This document shows positions 57,545 to 64,000 of a stretch of 64,000 nt of DNA, one piece after another. Source of the DNA: Lama guanicoe (lineage: Eukaryota); contig MU053881.1 of assembly GCA_013239625.1 (NCBI GenBank), forward strand, positions 16,544,373-16,608,372. Reading direction: 5' to 3'. The notes under the pieces were generated by a model that saw only the letters and a program-made list of their open reading frames with translations, made no database searches and was not told the origin of the DNA. The position numbers were made by a program, and so were the translations under genes. How positions within the stretch are numbered: the first letter of the stretch is position 1; each line of letters opens with the position of its first letter.

Positions 57545-58960
57545 TCCTGACCACAAACCTTTGTTTTTAATTTTCGTATTTTGTTTTGTTGTTTTTGTAT
57601 TTATCTCTCACGTACAGAACTGCGTTTTCCAAGTACAGCCCTGACTTTTTATAAACAGAACCCAACAAGTGTCTGGCTGGGATGAAAACGCCCACTCAGG
57701 CTCATGGGCATTTCTGGTGTTTTTTACTATCCAGCTTTATTGAGACCCCAAATCACCCTAGACCTCTTACTCTCCTCCTAAGTAAAACATTTCCAGCAAG
57801 AGACTCTGCCTTCTCTCCGTGTGACATTTCAGGTTGGGAAGGGTGTGGATTTCGTTCGGGGCCGTGGGGACCCTCTGGGCGGAGTGCTTCCTGGGAAGCG
57901 AGGAGGGAAAGGCCAGCGCAGCCTCGCAGATCCTGGGTGCCGGGGGCACGCGCGGCCTTGGAAAGTTCAGAAGTAGGCGAATTAAAGACATTTCTACCAG
58001 GGTGGGGCTGGCCACCGAGTTTTTTTTAACAGCGCACACCGCGGTAAACCATCGGGCTCATATTGTTTTTGCTCAGGGCCGTCCTGTGTGTGGTTTCGGT
58101 GCACCGCTGGGGTAGCTGCTGAAACTGCTGCGGTTTGAAATAAGCCCTACTGTGTCCTGTCTTCACCCTTGGGCTCCTCCCCTCGGCAACGGAGACTCCT
58201 CGGAGTGCTGGGGAGTCACTGTCGGGGGCACAGCGGCGGTGTCCAGCCCCCCACGGGGGTCTGCTTTCCGTTGTAGGCAGTCACAGCCTCCCCTCCGCCC
58301 AGGTTCCCTTCCTAGGGCGGACGTCTAGGAATACAAAGCAAGTGGCGGCCGGGTATCATCCTGGTTGGCTTTATATCCCCACCCTTTATTTCTTTTAGTA
58401 ATTTGTGCTCCCCTCTGTGAAGCACGCCCCAGTCTAGCTCTTCCCTCGCGCATGCAGTGCCTGGAGCCACGGAAAGGCTCGAAACCGGGCAGTGAGTGTG
58501 CTCAGGAGCGCAGAGGCAGATGGAGGTACTTTGTCACGTTTAAGACAACACCTCAGAAAATCGGAAAAAAAACAATTAAGGAGTTAGCAGAAGTGGTTAC
58601 ATAAAAGCAGGAACTAGCCCCAGAATGTTTGAAAACTGCAGCTGCTAAAAATAAATGAGGGGCGCAGAGGGGGAAGTTTGGACGGAGGGCAGTCGGGGCG
58701 AGCGTGTCTTTGCAAAAAACCTCTGCTCGTGAGCATCGTGTCGGGCCGAACCAGGGACGCCAGGGCTCTCGGCACGTGTCGGGTCCGATAATTCGGCCTC
58801 CGTGCCCGAGCACAAAAACAGATAACTGAGAAAAAACCGTTTTGGTTTTTTTTTCCCTCTGAAAAGAAGAGCAGTTGATGTGCCCTGGTTTCACATTAAC
58901 ACAGTCATGATTTCTAAATAACAACGGTTTCGGCAACAGAGCAAAACCAGGCCCGGGCTG
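57545..58960. promoter_or_regulatory. Candidate intronic enhancer (RUNX, FOX and MEF2 motifs; CpG-retaining)
   Basis: ACCACA 57550-57555, ATAAACA 57651-57657, TGTGGT 58089-58094, TGCGGT 58129-58134, CTAAAAATAA 58645-58654; no recognisable repeats. Confidence 0.4.
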
Positions 58961-60972
58961 TTCTTGATGTGAGAGCCGCTTTTCATCTCCCCAATCAACT
59001 CTGTCAGAAACCTCAGCGTGAAATTCTAGCCGCCCAGATTCCTAACCAAGCCCCAAAAAGCGATTTAAAACAAAAAATCCTCCAAACCAGGGCAGGGAAG
59101 GTCTTCTTACTAGAAAAGGGAAAAAAAAGGCACCACAAGCAGGTGATGATGTATTTGAACATTTGGACTGCTGTGCTCATTCTCGGGACCTGGCTCGGGC
59201 CTGTTGACCCCATTAATCCCTGCTCGGACATCTGCCCTGTGTGACTAGACTTTACAAGAAATGGTCCAGGAAATCAAGCAGCCAGCCACCCTGGACTTGC
59301 TGCTGGAACCAGGGCTGTGCCGGGCCCCTGGGCTTTCTAGCCTGTCCCTGGCAATTCTTTCTTGTAGTAGAATTTTGCTATTTGGTCCTTTGTCATTTTA
59401 GGTTTTGATTTAGGAAAAAAAAAAATCAGCCCAAGAATGCACCAATGAATATCTGTTGCCTTTTCTTGCAAAGGAGGGAAACCAGGTGCCTGTATCCCTT
59501 CCGAGCCTATCAGAGGGGTTCCCCCCAAAGGCCTCGCATCCCTCGGGATGACCCTGTGCAGCCTGTGTGGTGGTGCTCATGAGAACCCCCACCAGGGATG
59601 GGGTGGGGTTACTGCGGTGTGCTGAGCTCTGCCTACATGGAGCTGACCCTCAGGCGTGTTGGAGGCTGGACCAGGACGGATCGGCGCCAGGGGAGGTGGA
59701 CAGGGCAGTGGGGCAGCCTGCAGGGGAGGAGTGAGCCCTCGAGGAGGGTTTTCCAGAGGAAGGCAAGGCTGTGCCAGGGCAGGGCGGTCAGCATGGTGGA
59801 TGTCACTATGGGAAGGAGGGCTGGGTGGCCAGACCTCAAGGATCGTGCACGCTGAGGTCAGCCTCCTTTCCCCAGGCAACTCGGGCCTGTGTCCCCATAC
59901 CTCAGGGTGCCCCCTGCCTGTGGCATAAGCACCGGCTGGGTGCGCAGGTAAAGATCCCTCTCCCTGGGCTCAGAAAAGGTTCCAGGGGTCCCAGGGCCCC
60001 GTGGAGCATGGTTCACTTGGAAACATGTCCGTCTATCCTTGATCAAGCCTTGGTGATGCCACTGCTTAAGTGAGGAAGGGTCTGCATACCCTGCAGGGGG
60101 ACTCTTTGCTGGGTGGGTGGGAAAGCACACCTGGCACGTGGCGCTGCTCCACCGTGGGGAAGGAGGTCGCATGGAGGGTTAGAGGAAGTGGAACGTATGG
60201 GAGCTGGTGCAGGGAACTCAGCAGTTCAAGGGGAGGACTCCCTTGTCTGGGGCTGCACATGCCCGCCATGCTGCGTACAGGGCGTCTGAGTGGCTCTGTC
60301 AGAGCAGAGAGCTGCAGTCGGGGATCTTTGGTTTCCTTGTGGGGTCCGTGGGGGCAAGCTGTCCTGACCTTAATACATTAGAGCTGCACCGGCCTGGCTC
60401 CTCCTTCCCTGGGACCTGAGGGGTGGGGGGTCCGTGGGGAGAGGAGAGGGAAACAGAAAGAGACTCTCTCTCCCTCCCCCCCACTCCTGTCTCACAGAAG
60501 GCCCAGATCACTTAGTGACGGCACGTTCGTGCTTACATGCCAGGTGTCTGAGCTAAGCACCCTCTGCACACCAGGGGGATGTAGAGCTTTTCGGTAAAAG
60601 GCCAGAGTGTCAATGTTCTTGGCCCCCCCCAGGCCTTACGTCCTCCCTTCTGCTCAGCTTTGCCGTCCCGGCAGGAAAGCAGCCACAGACAGAGAACAGG
60701 TGAAGGGGTGGCACTGGCAGACCAGCAAAACCTGATTTACAGAAGCAGGCAGCCCGTCACACGCCCACCCCGGCCCTGGCAGCCACGCAGGGTGGGCCTT
60801 CTTCTCATTACCCCGTGTGACTGTGCCGNNNNNNNNNNNNNNNNNNNNNNNNNNNNNNNNNNNNNNNNNNNNNNNNNNNNNNNNNNNNNNNNNNNNNNNN
60901 NNNNNNNNNNNNNNNNNNNNNNNNNNNNNNNNNNNNNNNNNNNNNNNNNNNNNNNNNNNNNNNNNNNNNNNN

Positions 60973-61180
60973 CCCCCGTGTCTCCACGCGGTCTTCCTCC
61001 TGTGTGTCTGTGTCCTCCTCTCCTCTTCTTCCAAGATCACGAGTCATACTGGATCAGGGCCCACCCACAGGACCTCATTCTAACTGAATTACCTCTATAG
61101 AGACCCCGTGTCCAAAGACTGTCACCTTCTGCGATACCAGGGGAGAGGACCAGAACATGGTGAATTTGAGGGGGTACCAG
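60973..61180. mobile_element. MaLR LTR fragment (MLT1B/C-like)
   Basis: cacgagtcatactggatcagggcccaccca...gacctcattctaactgaattacctct; truncated by the N gap. Confidence 0.7.
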
Positions 61181-63177
61181 TTCAGCCCCTCGCCACCCCA
61201 TTTCACGGATAAGGAAACTGAGGCTGAGAAAGCAAGGCTGAGCAGGGTGGTTGCCGTGCTCCTCACCGTCTTCCAGGTTCATCTGTGCCCACCCCACATC
61301 CCCTCCCAGCCCAGGGCTGGCTGGAAGGGCTGAACACAGGCATGAGGGAGACGGGGCTGGGAGGAGGGCTCAGGGTCTTCCCTGAGAAGGCAACAGCGTT
61401 TCTGATGGGGGCGCCATCTGGGCAGGGGGATTTGCTAGAAAGAAGCCCTGGGTTTGAGGGTCCTAGGGGAGGGAGGTGCCGCTCGGGCTCTGGAGGGCTG
61501 TCGGGATGAGGTTGGGAAGAGTTCTGTGTGGGCTGCAGGGGCTTCCGGACTCTCTACAGGGGACATGCAGGCCCGAGGCAGGGCTGGGCGCCATGGAGCT
61601 GTGTGTTAGAAGCTTCATTTAGCAGAGCAGGTGTAAGCAGGCCCTGCCCTAGGCAGGGGGACACAGCACTGGACAGCGGGGCCCCCAGCCTTGTGGAGCT
61701 CTTGAGGGAGAGAGAGAGAAAATACACAGCAGGTGACACAACAAAGGTGACAGTGGCAGTAGACAGGGAGGTGGCTTGGCCGAAGGTGGGGAGGGTGCTC
61801 ACCTGAGGAAGAGCAGTCCAGCGCGGGTAGCAGCCAGGGCCGAGGAGGGAGCTGGGTGGGACAGGCGAGGCTGGGCATGTGTTCTTAGAGCAGGGGAGGG
61901 CACAGCAGCATCTAGTCAGCTCTGAGTTAAAAGGCCACTTTGCTGAGTTGGGGTGGCCCGCAGGGCAAGAAGCAGAGGAGGTGAACAGCTAGTGGCGGGG
62001 GGTCCCCAGGACCTGGGAGAGGTGAGGACCACCAGCCTCGGGTGGTGATGCTGTCATGTGGACCCGAGCACCCACCTGCACACCCACCCTCCCTGCTACC
62101 CAGGGTGCCCCTGGGCTCCGCCTGGCTTCCCACTGCTCCCAGCTGTGCAGCCTGGAGTTGGTAAGCTGCTGGGCAGGTCCTGCCCGACCCCTCCCGCCAG
62201 AGCTGCTACCCACCTGCCTGCCTCCTTAGAGAGGGGAAGGGGTCCGCGGTGACACCAGCAGTGCTCTCCTCTCCCCAGGAGGCCTTGGCTCACCCATTGG
62301 CTTGTCCCTTGGTCCAGGGAGTAGGCTAGCTGTGTGAGATGGCATTGGAGCGGCGCAGTTCAAGGCCAGCAGAGCAAGCCAGGGAAGCTGTGTTCGGCAT
62401 CCAGGTCCCCTGTTCTCCTGAGCCCCAGGGGCCTAGGTCTGGGAGGGAGAGGAGGAGGTGGGAGAGCCGACAGCCGGGAGGACAGCACAGAGAGGGGCTG
62501 CTGGAGGGGCAGCCTGAAGTCTGTGGCTCTATCACGAATAGGAGAGAAAGGACCAGAGGTAGAAGGCTCAGCCTGTACAGAAGGTGGGGCGTAGGGGAGA
62601 GAGGGCCTCATTCCCACTGCGTGTGGACTCGGCACCACCCTCCTGGGCAAGGGTCCCTGATCTAGCCAGTGTGGCCCACCCAGGGCCTTTGGCGGAGGCT
62701 CACCTGGCACATTGGGCCTCGTGAACAGATTCGGTGAACTGAGCTGTGAACTGATTCGAGGCCACAGGGAGAGACTGACTGATGCCCTAGCCTGTAGCCT
62801 CCTATTCCCCCCACCCCCACCCTCTCTCAGTCGGGGTGAGTCCTGTTGGAGCCTGGGGCAGGCAGCGTGACTGGGAAGGTCAGGCCACAATGGGCATGCC
62901 TTCTGACCCACAGCCCCACCTCCAGGAACAACTCTTATAAATAGACATGGGCACAGCGGTGCTGCTGGTGACAGTGAGAGCTTGGAAAGGACAGGGGGCA
63001 ACAAGGGAACCCCACAAGGCCACAGCCGAGGGCGGAGGGGCGCTCTGCTCAGACTGTAGGAGGTGAAAGAAGGCCGGGAGCAGGGCTGCCTGTACTTCGG
63101 AGTCCTGTGCAAGCCTCGGGAAGCTAAGACTCTCGGTGTTTCCTTGAACATGCAAAAAGAAACCAGCAGCAGCTCTG

Positions 63178-63330
63178 AGGGGCGGGGCGGCCTGGGGCCT
63201 CTGTTCCCGCCATTGGTGGGGCGAAGCCACGCACTGGCGTCACCTCCCGCCCAGAAGTCCTGATTCAGGTGGGATGGGGCGTGGGGATTTTAACCAGGGC
63301 CTCTGGCGGGCTCTGCCCCCACCTCTTCGC
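63178..63330. promoter_or_regulatory. Promoter/enhancer-like motif cluster (GC boxes, CCAAT, CRE-like)
   Basis: GGGGCGGGGC, ATTGG, GCCACGCA, TGGCGTCA, TCCCGCCC and GGGGCGTGGGG within ~120 bp. Confidence 0.45.
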
Positions 63331-64000
63331 CAGTGGCAAGACCGCATCACTGGTGACTTGAGTCTCTAATGTGTGGGTAAAGCCAGTGGGACAGCATTTG
63401 TACCTAATGATCACCGGCTGCAGTGTTGAGCAACAAGTAAATAAACTTGCATGTCCAGGTAAGGGGTCTTGGGCCAGGTTCCCACCATCCCCCACATGCC
63501 GAGCCCTGTTGTGCTTCAGCACTGCGGTGCCGGTTACCAGGCGACCTGGAGTGGGGCGCAGACCTGTGCTGCTCCAAAGAGCAGACCATACACGTCACCT
63601 CTTCTACCCCCAACTTCTTCGTTCCCATTTCTCAGACAAGAAACAGGCCAGCTGGGGCTGAGGCGCATGTCCTTGTCTGGGTCTCTGAACTAGAGGTGAC
63701 AGAGGGGGCAGCCCTTAGGGACACCTTGAGGGCCTCAGAAATGTGGCCTGGGAGTCAGCATCAGAGAGATTGGTTTTCGAGCTGGGTGTGGAGATAGATG
63801 TGTGGGCAGGTGGTGTGGCAGAGGCTAGCAGGATGAGGAAGGCAGGTGTCCTGGGCTCAGGTGCTGCAGGGGGCCAGGCGTGGCTTGTGGCCAGGGGCAT
63901 CCTCTGGATGTGCAGCTGGGTGTCCAAGGTCATCCTTGGAATGTGGCTCTTGGCTTTTGGTTTCTTTTTGCACATTCCCTTCAAAATTCCAAGAGCAGCT

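Noticed and set aside
56921-57556. 211-aa ORF with repeated HNCHWSY motifs; array superficially CRISPR-like
   Set aside because: Translation of a degenerate minisatellite; no unique spacers or cas genes, and the DNA is mammalian.
1-64000. A novel multi-gene or prokaryote-type system (defence island, operon, CRISPR)
   Set aside because: All credible coding signal belongs to one known spliced gene; the other ORFs are intronic chance ORFs or repeat remnants.

Overview
Mammalian genomic DNA, not microbial. Two tRNA-Ala-like SINEs resemble the camelid Vic-1 type, so the source is probably a camelid. The whole window lies inside EPS15L1 (EPS15R, endocytic adaptor) on the + strand. I traced coding exons 2-22 (human numbering from memory) by translation and splice-site/phase continuity: three EH domains, a coiled coil, 16 visible DPF motifs, an FADF motif and PALPPKKP. 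Exon 1 and the terminal exons lie outside the window, and most of exon 11 falls in an N gap. Introns carry L1, MaLR LTR, MIR, MER20 and SINE remnants plus simple repeats. I see no new multi-gene system. Most notable: an inverted SINE pair flanking in-frame exon 9, a likely intronic-polyadenylation isoform ending after exon 16, a non-GT donor at exon 18, a near-consensus CTCF motif behind exon 11, and MEF2/SRF/RUNX/FOX/ETS motif clusters in introns 21-22 that may regulate the expected neighbour KLF2. Repeat family names and human comparisons come from recall, not from searches.
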